Assembly: GCA_039798005.1 (NCBI GenBank)
Contig: JBDKGV010000002.1
Coordinates: 1 to 44,394 of the forward strand
Reading direction: 5' to 3'
Length of the DNA: 44,394 nucleotides
Origin: Fibrobacterota bacterium
GTDB lineage: Bacteria > Fibrobacterota > Fibrobacteria > UBA5070
Positions 33,520 through 43,224 of this stretch are shown one piece after another. Numbering within the stretch: the stretch's first letter is position 1; every line of letters begins with the position of its first letter. The notes under the pieces were generated by a model, which was not told where the DNA came from, made no database searches, and saw nothing but the letters and a program-made list of their open reading frames with translations. Made by a program: the position numbers and the translations under genes.

Positions 33520-34620
33520 ATGATCTTGATGAACGATTTCAAGCGCGAGGACGAAGGGCTGATTGCGGACCAGCTGGCTGCGGTGGAGAGGGTGTTGCGC
33601 TCCGGGTGGTATGTGCTGGGCAATGAGGTCAAGGCCTTTGAGCAGGAATGGGCATCGTGGATCGGCGCCACGCACGCAGTGGGTGTGGGCAATGGAATGG
33701 ATGCATTGGAGATCGGATTGCGGGCCTTGGGCATCGGTGCTGGCGATGAAGTGATCACCACGCCGATGACGGCCTTTGCAACGGTGCTTGCGATCTTTCG
33801 AGCGGGTGCGACTCCCGTGCTTGCCGACATCGACCCGGCAACGGGGATCCTTGACCCTGTTTCGGTGGAGCGTTGCCTGAATCCACGGACCAAAGCCGTG
33901 ATGGTTGTTCACCTCTATGGGCAGGCCGCACCTCTGGGGCGTTTCGTGGACTTGGCCACAAAGCATGGCATCCATTTGATCGAGGATTGTGCCCAAGCCC
34001 ATGGAGCGAAGTTCGAAGGTCGATTCGTGGGCAGCTTCGGCAGCTTCGCGGGTTGGAGCTTTTATCCGACGAAGAACTTGGGCGCCATCGGGGACGCCGG
34101 TGCACTGACAACCGGGAAACAAGAGGTCGCGGAGGGTGCGCGCCGATTGCGCAACTATGGTCAGTCGGTGCGATATCTCCATCCGGAAATCGGGATGAAT
34201 TCCCGATTGGACGAAATCCATGCGGCCATGTTGCGAGAACGCCTGAAGCGACTGCAGGGGTGGACCTTGCGACGCAGGGAAATCGCTGCCAAGATGCATG
34301 CGGGCATCGACAATGAGCTTGTCCAAGCCTTGCCGGCACCGGCGGATCCGGAAAGTCATGTTCACCATCTCTTCGTGGTGACCTCCAAGCATCGCGACGA
34401 GTTGCAAAAGCACCTCGCGTCGTCGTCCGTGGATGCGCTGTGCCACTATCCGGTTCCGGTCCATCAGCAGGACTCCTGCCGTGACATCGGTCGTGATCCG
34501 GAAGGATTGTCGTGTGCCGAGATTCATTCCAGCACCTGCCTGTCGATTCCGTGCCATCCGTTCCTCAAGGACTCGGAGGTCGAGCAGATCATCGATGCCG
34601 TCAACAGGTTCACGAAGTAA
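33520..34620 (+). CDS. DegT/DnrJ/EryC1/StrS PLP-dependent nucleotide-sugar aminotransferase
   Basis: VHLYGQ, EDCAQAHGA, SFYPTKNLGAIGDAG, NSRLDEI. Confidence 0.94.
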   Translation: MILMNDFKREDEGLIADQLAAVERVLRSGWYVLGNEVKAFEQEWASWIGATHAVGVGNGMDALEIGLRALGIGAGDEVITTPMTAFATVLAIFRAGATPVLADIDPATGILDPVSVERCLNPRTKAVMVVHLYGQAAPLGRFVDLATKHGIHLIEDCAQAHGAKFEGRFVGSFGSFAGWSFYPTKNLGAIGDAGALTTGKQEVAEGARRLRNYGQSVRYLHPEIGMNSRLDEIHAAMLRERLKRLQGWTLRRREIAAKMHAGIDNELVQALPAPADPESHVHHLFVVTSKHRDELQKHLASSSVDALCHYPVPVHQQDSCRDIGRDPEGLSCAEIHSSTCLSIPCHPFLKDSEVEQIIDAVNRFTK

Positions 34621-34627
34621 TCCCTGC

Positions 34628-35563
34628 ATGGAGCATTTCGTCACACTGTTCGACATCGGCTTCCTCCCGCAAGGGATGGCGCTTCACGCATCCCTTTTGG
34701 CGCAGGGTGAGCCGTTCCAGCTATGGGTCGTTTGCATGGACGAGCCGGTCGAGCAGGCTCTGGAGAAGCTGGGTCTGGAGCATCTGACGGTGATTCCGGT
34801 CCGCGATGTCGAGGCCCGGCACCCTCGTCTTCTGGATGTCAAGCCAGGGCGTGGCCGGGGTGAGTATTGCTGGACCATGACTTCCTTCAGTGTGGAACAT
34901 GTCCTGCACCTGCGGCCCGATGCGGTTCGAGTGACCTATGTCGATGCCGATGTATGTCTCTTCGGGCCGGCCTCCCGCATCTTGGGCGAAATGGATGCAT
35001 CCGGTGCCCATGTGCTCATCACCGACCATGCCTTTGCGCCGGAGTACGAGCAGACCGGGGTGGCTGGCCGCTTCTGCGTGCAGTTCGTCCCGTTCCGGAA
35101 CTCGCCACGAGGACGAGAAATCCTGGCATGGTGGCAAGATCGCTGCATCGAGTGGTGCTTCGCTCGTGTGGAGGATGGCAAGTTCGGCGATCAGATGTAT
35201 CTCGACCAATGGCCTTTGCTATGGAAGGATGACGTTGCGATCCTCAAGGATGTCGCCCTGACCTTGGCGCCATGGAACGTGGAATTCCTGCTTCCGCGTG
35301 GCGCCGCCAGAGGCATTTACCACTTCCATACGCTTCGGCTTTTCGACGGATGGGCCGTGAACCAGTGGCACAGCTACCGGATCGGTCGGCGCATCGGCAC
35401 GTCGATCTACCGACCCTACTTGGCATCCTTGCACCGGGCCAAGGAGACACTGGCGCAGCTGGGGATCGAAGTGCCGCTGCCCAAGGCGAAGAGCGGATTC
35501 AAAGTTCGCTATGATCGGTTCTGGAAAGTGCTCAAGCACATCGAAGGCTGGGCGCGGATCTGA
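34628..35563 (+). CDS. GT-A fold glycosyltransferase (unclassified)
   Basis: EYCWT, TYVDAD (DxD), FGDQMYLDQW, LAPWN, YHFH. Confidence 0.8.
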   Translation: MEHFVTLFDIGFLPQGMALHASLLAQGEPFQLWVVCMDEPVEQALEKLGLEHLTVIPVRDVEARHPRLLDVKPGRGRGEYCWTMTSFSVEHVLHLRPDAVRVTYVDADVCLFGPASRILGEMDASGAHVLITDHAFAPEYEQTGVAGRFCVQFVPFRNSPRGREILAWWQDRCIEWCFARVEDGKFGDQMYLDQWPLLWKDDVAILKDVALTLAPWNVEFLLPRGAARGIYHFHTLRLFDGWAVNQWHSYRIGRRIGTSIYRPYLASLHRAKETLAQLGIEVPLPKAKSGFKVRYDRFWKVLKHIEGWARI

Positions 35564-35576
35564 CCAGAGGGGCGGA

Positions 35577-36458
35577 TCAGGCCTTGGGTGAGGAGTACTT
35601 GATTCGCAAGCGCCGGATCTTGCGCAGGATCCGGGCGCGCAATGCACCCCAAAGCCCGAGGCTGCAACGGGCCAAGGCGAAGGGTGTCCATGCCCGGGAC
35701 CGGAGTCGCTTTGCCAACTCACGCATCCGTTCGTTGGAGAAGGACAGCAGGTAGGGGTAGATGTATCCGGGAGCTCCGTCGCCGTGGCGAGAGGATGCGA
35801 CGGGGAAGGCATGGACATTTGAATAGCGCGACAAGATGGCGTGCTGCTCTTGATCCATCGCGCTGTCGACAGGATAGATGTGGTAGATGTCGCAGTTCCC
35901 TGTGGCCAACAGGGGCCTCAGATCGAACCATTTGCGCTTTTTCTCCACCTGCATCGCCGCGTTCAATGCCGGGTTTTCCGCACCGGAGCAGAGATCATCC
36001 CCCAGGAGTACGAAGCCGGAGACGTTGATGATCCGTTCTGCGCCGAGCAGGATGCCGAAAAGGGTCGCGGCGTAGCCACCTGCCGAGTTGCCCACGCACA
36101 CGAGCTTCCTGCCATCGGGAATCAACGTCTTGAGCAGTCCCAGGAGAGCGTCGATGTCGGGGTATTGTGCGCTGATGCCTTCTGAATACCAGGTCTTCTT
36201 GATGTCCCTGACGAAGATCGCAAAGGAGAACGGGATGATTCCTTGAGAGAGGATGTTCTCCCATTCGTAGCGATCGGAATGGATGATGGTTCGCTCGAGG
36301 ACTTCGTCCGTATTCGGGAAATAGAGGGCATTCCCGGAGAAGAAGAGAAAGACCGGTGCTGAGGAATCGTTCCCCGGCACGATCTTGTGGTGTGCAAGGG
36401 TTGAATACAGCTCCTCGAGCCGATTCAGCTGGAACTGGGATTGCGGGGCCTCGCTCAT
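35577..36458 (-). CDS. Alpha/beta-hydrolase-fold protein in the polysaccharide locus
   Basis: FVRDIKKTWY, VGNSAGGYAA nucleophile elbow, candidate Asp and His (MDQEQ, SSRHG); ATG 36458 overlaps the upstream stop. Confidence 0.7.
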   Translation of the reverse strand: MSEAPQSQFQLNRLEELYSTLAHHKIVPGNDSSAPVFLFFSGNALYFPNTDEVLERTIIHSDRYEWENILSQGIIPFSFAIFVRDIKKTWYSEGISAQYPDIDALLGLLKTLIPDGRKLVCVGNSAGGYAATLFGILLGAERIINVSGFVLLGDDLCSGAENPALNAAMQVEKKRKWFDLRPLLATGNCDIYHIYPVDSAMDQEQHAILSRYSNVHAFPVASSRHGDGAPGYIYPYLLSFSNERMRELAKRLRSRAWTPFALARCSLGLWGALRARILRKIRRLRIKYSSPKA

Positions 36459-38053
36459 TCGTGTGCCCGGACGATCCCATGGCCGGTGGTGGCGCATCCC
36501 GGAAACCATCGCAGGGGCGGGACGGATGGCCTTGGTTCGCCGGAAGGGGACGCGTAAATGCCTTCGGGAAGGGCTGTGGCCAGGACATGTTGGCTCCGAA
36601 GGCCAGAGCTCAGATGCCGCTCGAGGAGTCTGACGCAGGAACGGATCCACGGGTCGTCAGGGGAATGGAGGAGGGCCTTTTGAAAGCATTGCAGGGCGAG
36701 GTCCGGCAAGGGTTTGCACGGCCTCCAGGGCACTTTGATGCTCAAGCTGCGCTGCCCGAGAGCAGCCCATGCTCTTGAGACGGCCGAGGGATCGGTTTCG
36801 TCGACCTGATAGATCTGGGAAATCTCGACGGAGTTGCGCCAGTGCGTCAGTGCCTTGGCCTCTTCCTGTGCGCTGGTGGTATCGGCGAAGGAAAGGCCCT
36901 GCAAATTCTGATAGAACAGACTCAACGGAAGAGGTACATGGACCGCGATTCGCTTGCATTTGGAAAACCGCATCTGGAATTCAAAATCACCCGCTGCCTT
37001 GTAGGTCGGGTCGAACAATCCGATCTGGTCGAACAGACTTCGTCGCCACAGCGGGTGTGGGCCCAAGGTGCAGAAGTGAAGGGATGAGGAGGGATGATAG
37101 TCCGGGAATGCGATCAGGCGGCGGGAAGGCTCTTCGTCGTCCCACAGGGCATTCGGTGTCGATGTCCAGAAATTGTCCGCGAAAGCAAGATCCGCCTCAG
37201 GATGGGCGTTCAAGGCCGCCGCCAGGATCTCCAAGCCGTCGTGGCGGTGTGAATCATCGGTGTTGGCGTTTGTCACATACTTGCCGGTTGCGGCTTGGAT
37301 GCCGCGATTCCACGCCGCGTAAAGGGTCTCCCGGACATCGGTGCGGATGTACCGCAAATTGGGTATCCGGTCTTGAAATGACTCGACGACGGCGGCTTCG
37401 TTCTGAGGGGAGCAACTGTCGATGACGATGATTTCCAGGTTCCGTCCCAAGGATTGCCGGGAAAGGTTCAGAAGGCAGGCTGGGAGCAGTTTCTCGGAAT
37501 TGTAGGTGGAGACGATGGCGGAAACGAGGATGTCATCGGATTTCACGGAAACATGAGGGATCGGCTGGTCGAGTGCTGGCCTTCCCATGGAAGGATTGCT
37601 GAATGCCAAGCGATTGATGACGGGATGGACATAGGGATTGTCTTGCCGGAATTCAAGGACCTTGAGGAAGGTGGCTGTCAGCAGATCCTTGGCGCGGGCA
37701 TCAAGAATGTCGACATGATCCGGATTGCTGCGAATGAATTTCCGGACAAGGCTTCTGTTCAACAGTGCGCTGAATTTTTCGGAAGGGCGAATCGCTCGGA
37801 GCACCAGCTTGGTGAATCGGGATGCGTTGGCCAGACGCGCAAATTCCATGGCTTTCTGAAGACTGACGAAGGACGCGATGGCAGGGAAATCATCGATGGC
37901 GGATTTTGTCAACACCAGAGCGGATTCAAGGTCGTCGTGGTCCAAGCGGGTGTGGATCGCGAGAATCCTTTGGTTGATGTCCTCTCCAATCATTGAATCC
38001 TGCACTGTATGGACCTTTCCAGAGAGTGAATGCTGAACTTGTGACACGTCCAC
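36455..38053 (-). CDS. GT2 glycosyltransferase with N- and C-terminal helical extensions
   Basis: VSAIVSTYN, IIVIDSCS, YAAWNRGI, TNANTDD, AGDFEF; AAGGA RBS before the GTG. Confidence 0.87.
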   Translation of the reverse strand: MDVSQVQHSLSGKVHTVQDSMIGEDINQRILAIHTRLDHDDLESALVLTKSAIDDFPAIASFVSLQKAMEFARLANASRFTKLVLRAIRPSEKFSALLNRSLVRKFIRSNPDHVDILDARAKDLLTATFLKVLEFRQDNPYVHPVINRLAFSNPSMGRPALDQPIPHVSVKSDDILVSAIVSTYNSEKLLPACLLNLSRQSLGRNLEIIVIDSCSPQNEAAVVESFQDRIPNLRYIRTDVRETLYAAWNRGIQAATGKYVTNANTDDSHRHDGLEILAAALNAHPEADLAFADNFWTSTPNALWDDEEPSRRLIAFPDYHPSSSLHFCTLGPHPLWRRSLFDQIGLFDPTYKAAGDFEFQMRFSKCKRIAVHVPLPLSLFYQNLQGLSFADTTSAQEEAKALTHWRNSVEISQIYQVDETDPSAVSRAWAALGQRSLSIKVPWRPCKPLPDLALQCFQKALLHSPDDPWIRSCVRLLERHLSSGLRSQHVLATALPEGIYASPSGEPRPSVPPLRWFPGCATTGHGIVRAHE

Positions 38054-38202
38054 GGTTCGATTCCTTCAAGACCCTCGGGTCGTGGACGGCACTCGCAGTA
38101 CCCTGATCCGTTCATGCCGGAAATTCCGGCGGCTTGCCGTGTTCGAAATCAATCATCGAGGCGGACGTCGGCAAACGGGCATTGAGCAAAATAACGACCA
38201 TT

Positions 38203-39525
38203 TCATGCGATGGGAGCTCTTGATGAGCAGGACGATTCGCAACGTTCCTTGTGGACTGCCTGATAGACGTCGGCATAGGCTCTCACCGTGGAATCCCACG
38301 AAAAGACCTCAGCTCGAGCCAACGACCGCTTCGAGAGGTCTTGTTGCAGAGCGCGATCCTCCAGGACTTGGAGCAATGCCGAGGAGATGCTTTCGATGTC
38401 GTTCGGTGGAACAAGGATGGCGGCATCACCAACGACTTCCGGAAGGGATGATGAGTTGGAACAGATGACGGCAGCACCGCAACACATCGCTTCGAGTGGT
38501 GGAAGCCCAAATCCTTCGTAGTGGCTCAAGTAGAGGAATGCATCGCACCCTGCGTAGAGACCGGGGAGGTGTTCGTCGGCAATGAAACCTGGCATCAGAA
38601 TCCTGGATCGCAGCGCTTCCGGCACTTCCTTGAGAAGCTCCTCCTTGAGCCATCCTTTGGCCCCGGCAAGGACGAGGTACACGTCATCGATCCGGCTTGT
38701 CAGGCAGACCTGACGGAAGGCTTGGATCGCAGCCTCCAGGTTCTTTCGCGGCTCCAAGGTGTTGAGAGTGAGGACGTAGCGGGCTCCATCGGGAACGCCG
38801 ACCAGTTTTCTCGCCTCGATCGTCTCCCCGGGGTTCTGTGGCGGATGAAATTTCTCGCGAGAGGCGGCGAGATGGACGACAGAGACGCGGCTTCCAGACA
38901 GGTCCGGGCGCAGACGCAGCAGATCCTTGCGGGTCGCCTCGGAAATGCAGACGACATGATCCTCCTCCCTGATGGAAGGAAGCAGTTTCTCGCGAAAATA
39001 CCGGGTGGTTTCCTGTTGATGCCATTCAGGCATCAACAGAGGCGTCAGATCGTACAAGGTGATGACGGATGGGATTCCCATGTCACGGACAATTTGCGGG
39101 ACGGGATACATCGGCGTGTGATAGACATCCGCATCCAGAAGCAACTTCCGCAAGGTTTGCCGCTCAAGGATCGCCACCAACGGATCGATGATGAGTCTGG
39201 TGATCTGACGGATCAGGAATGTCCGCTTCCTCCTGACAATGGCATCCAAAAGCGGTCGACTGAATGCGGTACTTCCCTCAGCATGCAAATGGATGGATGT
39301 TTCATCGCGGAAGAAGTTTGCGGCCTTGTGTCTGTCTCGTGAAGATGACAGCGCACAGACCAAGGGAGGTTGGTTTGTGCGTAAGAGACCTTCCAGGATT
39401 TCCAAGACCACCCGGAAGATTCCGGCCCTGCCATGCGGATTGGTGCAGGCGCTGCCTATGAGAGAGACGTCATAGAGGACCTTGGGCATCGGGGAAGCTG
39501 CATCATCGTGTTGAGGCATCGGCAA
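38203..39525 (-). CDS. GT4 glycosyltransferase
   Basis: TLEPRKNL, AGAKGW, SHYEGFGLPPLEAM, SSLPEV. Confidence 0.92.
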   Translation of the reverse strand: MPMPQHDDAASPMPKVLYDVSLIGSACTNPHGRAGIFRVVLEILEGLLRTNQPPLVCALSSSRDRHKAANFFRDETSIHLHAEGSTAFSRPLLDAIVRRKRTFLIRQITRLIIDPLVAILERQTLRKLLLDADVYHTPMYPVPQIVRDMGIPSVITLYDLTPLLMPEWHQQETTRYFREKLLPSIREEDHVVCISEATRKDLLRLRPDLSGSRVSVVHLAASREKFHPPQNPGETIEARKLVGVPDGARYVLTLNTLEPRKNLEAAIQAFRQVCLTSRIDDVYLVLAGAKGWLKEELLKEVPEALRSRILMPGFIADEHLPGLYAGCDAFLYLSHYEGFGLPPLEAMCCGAAVICSNSSSLPEVVGDAAILVPPNDIESISSALLQVLEDRALQQDLSKRSLARAEVFSWDSTVRAYADVYQAVHKERCESSCSSRAPIA

Positions 39526-39528
39526 TAC

Positions 39529-40791
39529 CTAGCTGTTCACGTGGGCGGTGGAAAACTGCCGGTTCGGTTCGTCCGCAAGATCATTGAAAACCGAGGACAT
39601 CGCGGATGCCGTGGAGCTCCAACGGTAGCGACCAGCTTGGACGGTGCCGGCCTTGAGCAGGGCCTCGCGGGCAGGATCCGCGCAGGAGAAACGCGCCAAC
39701 GCATTGGCCCACTCATCAACATTCAGCGGTGGCAGGAAGTAGGCGGCGTTTCCAAGCACTTCGGGCATGCACGACGCATTGGAGGACAGGACGAGACAAC
39801 CCGAGGCCATGGCCTCCAAGGGCGGAAACCCGAAGCCTTCGGCCAGGGAAGGGAACAGGAATGCAAGCGCACCGGCATAGAGCGCCGGAAGATGCTGGTC
39901 GGGCACGAAGCCCAGGAGCCGGATGCGATGGCGCAGATCACCAGCGGCTGCGAGTGCCGCATCGAAATCGTGCGTTCCCCAGCCTTGGGATCCGACGATG
40001 ATCAGTTCGGAGTCATCGGGGATCAGGTGGCCTTGAGCTGCTTGGATAAAGGCGCGGACAGCGGTTCCCAGGCCCTTGCGAGGTTCCCGGGTGGAGAGGG
40101 TCAGGAAATAGGGCGTAGCTCGAGGAATGCCCAGCAGTTCCTTCGCATGGTGGATCACACCTTCGTTCCGGGGTGGGCAAAACAGCCCATGGTCGATTCC
40201 GGGGGAAATGACCGTGCTGCGGGACAGTTGGATATCCGCCAACGCGGCCCCTTTTTCGCGAACATGCTGGGTGTCGAATACGACGAACCAGTCCTCCTTG
40301 GCGATTCGCTTGAGGGCCTTGCGAAGAATCACGGATTCCCGGGGGGGGAACCATTCGGGATGCTCCAAGGGAAGGAGGTCATGGATGGTCACGACCCTGC
40401 TATTGAAGCGCTGCGGGGAGGCCGCAAGGAAGTGGTAATGACCGGCCCAGAAGATGCTCTTGCTGGCATGGGGCGCCAGGGCCGCCGGACGTAGAGCGCG
40501 CTCCATGGCGGCGAACGTCTCCCAGCGCGGATGTCGACTGGCGAGTCGTTGCATCGGTGCCGTCAAGAATTTGCGGGACGACAGGATCGGATCGGTTGCG
40601 CAATACCGCATGGCGTGGACCGGGCGGCGGACGGCGCAAAGCTGGAAATCCATGGAGTCGTGCTGGATGAGCGCCTTGACGGTCTCATCGATGACCCGGA
40701 ACACGCCGGTGCGGGCTCGTGTCCCATTGGCCTCAACGACGCCGTGACTCGAAACATCCAAGAGGACCGATGGCCGGTCGGGACTGCTCAT
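39529..40791 (-). CDS. GT4 glycosyltransferase
   Basis: TIHDL, TREPRKG, PSLAEGFGFPPLEAM. Confidence 0.92.
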   Translation of the reverse strand: MSSPDRPSVLLDVSSHGVVEANGTRARTGVFRVIDETVKALIQHDSMDFQLCAVRRPVHAMRYCATDPILSSRKFLTAPMQRLASRHPRWETFAAMERALRPAALAPHASKSIFWAGHYHFLAASPQRFNSRVVTIHDLLPLEHPEWFPPRESVILRKALKRIAKEDWFVVFDTQHVREKGAALADIQLSRSTVISPGIDHGLFCPPRNEGVIHHAKELLGIPRATPYFLTLSTREPRKGLGTAVRAFIQAAQGHLIPDDSELIIVGSQGWGTHDFDAALAAAGDLRHRIRLLGFVPDQHLPALYAGALAFLFPSLAEGFGFPPLEAMASGCLVLSSNASCMPEVLGNAAYFLPPLNVDEWANALARFSCADPAREALLKAGTVQAGRYRWSSTASAMSSVFNDLADEPNRQFSTAHVNS

Positions 40792-42035
40792 CCTTGATTC
40801 TCAAGGATGGACCTGTAAACCCCCACAGTCTCCTCAACCGTCCTGTCCCAGCTGAACCGGGCCGCCTGGGCCCGGGACGGGGCGTGGCCTTGCTCGTCCC
40901 TTGGCAGGGCGATGGCATCCACGATTCCTTGGGCCAGCGCGTCGGTGGAGGTGTCCTTCACCATGGGGGCGGCATCTCCGATCACCTCGGGAAGGGAGGA
41001 GTTCACGAGGCACACGGCCGGGGTCCCGCAAGCCATGGCTTCCAACGGCGGGAGGCCAAAGCCTTCGTAGAGGCTTGGAAACACGAACGCTTCACAGGCC
41101 GAATACAGGGCGGGCAGTTCATGGTCGGCCACGAAGCCGGGGAAGATCACCCGTTGCTTGATGTCGCCAAGCCGCGCCAACTGTTCGTGGATCGACTCCA
41201 TCATCCAGCCCTTGGCGCCGATGAGGACCAGTTTGAGGTCGCGATTGTCCGGGAGGCTTGCAACCGCAGCGAAGGCCTTGAGCATGCCGTCCAGGTTCTT
41301 GCGGGGCTCCAGCGTGGCCACCGAAAGCAGGAACCGGCCCTCGATGCCGTGGCGCTTCAGAGCGGCTTGCCGATTTTCCCGATTCACGGGAGCGAAGTGC
41401 CCGGATGTGGCCAGGTGCACGGTGTGAACCCGGGCCGGATCCATCTTGATGACTTCCAGGAAGTCGTTGCGGGTGGAGTCGCTGTCGCACAGGACGTGGT
41501 CCCGGTCCGGGCGGATCGACTTCAAGGTCTTCTCGAACTGCTCCGGCAGGCGACACCACTGGGGAAAGCGGTGAGGGATCATGTCGTGGATCGTGATGAT
41601 CCGCTGAACCTTGGAAGGCAGGTCGGGGAGGGCATGGGCCGGGGAATGGAAGATCCCCGATTTGATCGCGGGAGGGCGCTGGCAGAACAGCTTGCCCGTG
41701 GCTTGGAAGGCGCCTGCCGTGGCGGTTTCGGAAAGGATGCCCTTGCGGCGCAAATGCAGGATGGCGCGCGAAAGACCTGTGGCCAGCGGGTTGGATGCCC
41801 CACGCCAGCTTTGATATCCGGGAAGTCCGTGCGGAATTTCCCGATGCACGGCCTCGCGAGCGATCAGGTCGATCCATCCTCCGCGCCCGAAGGAAACCAA
41901 CCTCAGATCGAGGTCGGTCCGGGAAGCAAGGCCCTGCGCCAGTTCGCTGACATAGCGATGCACCCCGGTGCGACTGGACTGGTAGATGCTGCCGGTGCCC
42001 AGCACGGCGACATCCAGAAAAATCGGGTCATTCAT
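40788..42035 (-). CDS. GT4 glycosyltransferase
   Basis: TIHDMIP, TLEPRKNL, PSLYEGFGLPPLEAM. Confidence 0.93.
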   Translation of the reverse strand: MNDPIFLDVAVLGTGSIYQSSRTGVHRYVSELAQGLASRTDLDLRLVSFGRGGWIDLIAREAVHREIPHGLPGYQSWRGASNPLATGLSRAILHLRRKGILSETATAGAFQATGKLFCQRPPAIKSGIFHSPAHALPDLPSKVQRIITIHDMIPHRFPQWCRLPEQFEKTLKSIRPDRDHVLCDSDSTRNDFLEVIKMDPARVHTVHLATSGHFAPVNRENRQAALKRHGIEGRFLLSVATLEPRKNLDGMLKAFAAVASLPDNRDLKLVLIGAKGWMMESIHEQLARLGDIKQRVIFPGFVADHELPALYSACEAFVFPSLYEGFGLPPLEAMACGTPAVCLVNSSLPEVIGDAAPMVKDTSTDALAQGIVDAIALPRDEQGHAPSRAQAARFSWDRTVEETVGVYRSILENQG

Positions 42036-42058
42036 GAATGCTTCAATCTAATTCCGAA

Positions 42059-43018
42059 CTAGACGACCTTCGCCGCTTCGCACATCCGGGCGATCACGCC
42101 GTCGACGTCCATCGAGGCCTTCCAGCCCAGCGTCTTCAAGGCGTAGTCGGTATTGGCGCGGCCGACCATGATCTCGGAGGGGCGCAGGAGGCTGGCGTCC
42201 GTCTGGACATGTTGGCTCCAGTCCAGGCCGAAATTGCGGAAGCTTTGTTCCACGAAATAGTTCAGGGAGACGGTGCGGCCGGTGGCGATGACGATGTCCT
42301 CGGGTCCGGTGTGCTGGAGCATCAGCCACATGGCCTCCACGTAGTCCGGAGCCCAGCCCCAGTCACGGCTGATGTCGCAATTGCCCAAGCGCAGGAACTC
42401 GCTCTTGCCGGCGGCGATGCTGGCGGCGGCGCGGATGATCTTCTGGGTCACGAAGCGTCCGGGGCGCAATGGCGACTCGTGGTTGAACAGGATGCCGGTG
42501 CAGGCGAAGAGGCCGTAGGACTCGCGGTAGTTGCGCACCAGCCAATGGGAGGACGCCTTGGCGACCGCATACGGGCTGCGGGGCTGGAAGATGGTGTTCT
42601 CGTCCGCCGGAGTGCCGCCGGTGTCCCCGAAGCATTCGCTCGAACCTGCGTTGTAGAAGCGAATGGCGCGCTTGGTGAAGCGGATGGCTTCCAGCAGGTT
42701 CAGGACGCCGCCCATGATGCTGTCCATGGTCTCGACGGGCTGCTCGAAGGAGAGGCCCACCGAGGTCTGGCCCGCGAGGTTGTAGACTTCCGTGGCCTGT
42801 GACACTTCCAGGGCGTTGAGCACGCTGCGGAAGTCGTTGGTGGCCATCGAGATGGTGCGCACCTTGTCGCGGATGCCCAGCTGCTGGAGCGTGGAAAAGG
42901 AGGTCGCCATGGCATCGCGGGAGGTGCCGGTGACTTCGTAGCCTTTTTCGAGGAGGAACTTGGCGAGGTAGGCTCCGTCTTGACCGCCGACACCGCAGAT
43001 CAATGCTTTCTGACACAT
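42059..43018 (-). CDS. gmd: GDP-mannose 4,6-dehydratase
   Basis: GVGGQDGAYL, YNLAGQTSVGLSF, SSECFG, SPYAVAK, GILFNHESPLR, RDWGWA. Confidence 0.92.
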   Translation of the reverse strand: MCQKALICGVGGQDGAYLAKFLLEKGYEVTGTSRDAMATSFSTLQQLGIRDKVRTISMATNDFRSVLNALEVSQATEVYNLAGQTSVGLSFEQPVETMDSIMGGVLNLLEAIRFTKRAIRFYNAGSSECFGDTGGTPADENTIFQPRSPYAVAKASSHWLVRNYRESYGLFACTGILFNHESPLRPGRFVTQKIIRAAASIAAGKSEFLRLGNCDISRDWGWAPDYVEAMWLMLQHTGPEDIVIATGRTVSLNYFVEQSFRNFGLDWSQHVQTDASLLRPSEIMVGRANTDYALKTLGWKASMDVDGVIARMCEAAKVV

Positions 43019-43187
43019 ATCCAAGTTCCTGCCTGAAGGGATGGGCGGACGGCATTCCCACCGCGCGATGGATGATGCTGAACGCATTGGGTGAGTCCGG
43101 ATCTTACCATTCTCACAAAGCCGTCTCAATGGGCATCTGGTGGGAATCCAGAGGCCACCGGCGCAAATGTAGCCAAACCGGTGACGG

Positions 43188-43222
43188 AAACGAAAAGCCC
43201 CGATCCGTGTGGACCGGGGCCT
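43188..43222 (-). terminator. Intrinsic terminator after glyA
   Basis: Minus strand GCCCCGGTCC-ACAC-GGATCGGGGC followed by TTTTCGTTT. Confidence 0.75.
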
Positions 43223-43224
43223 TC

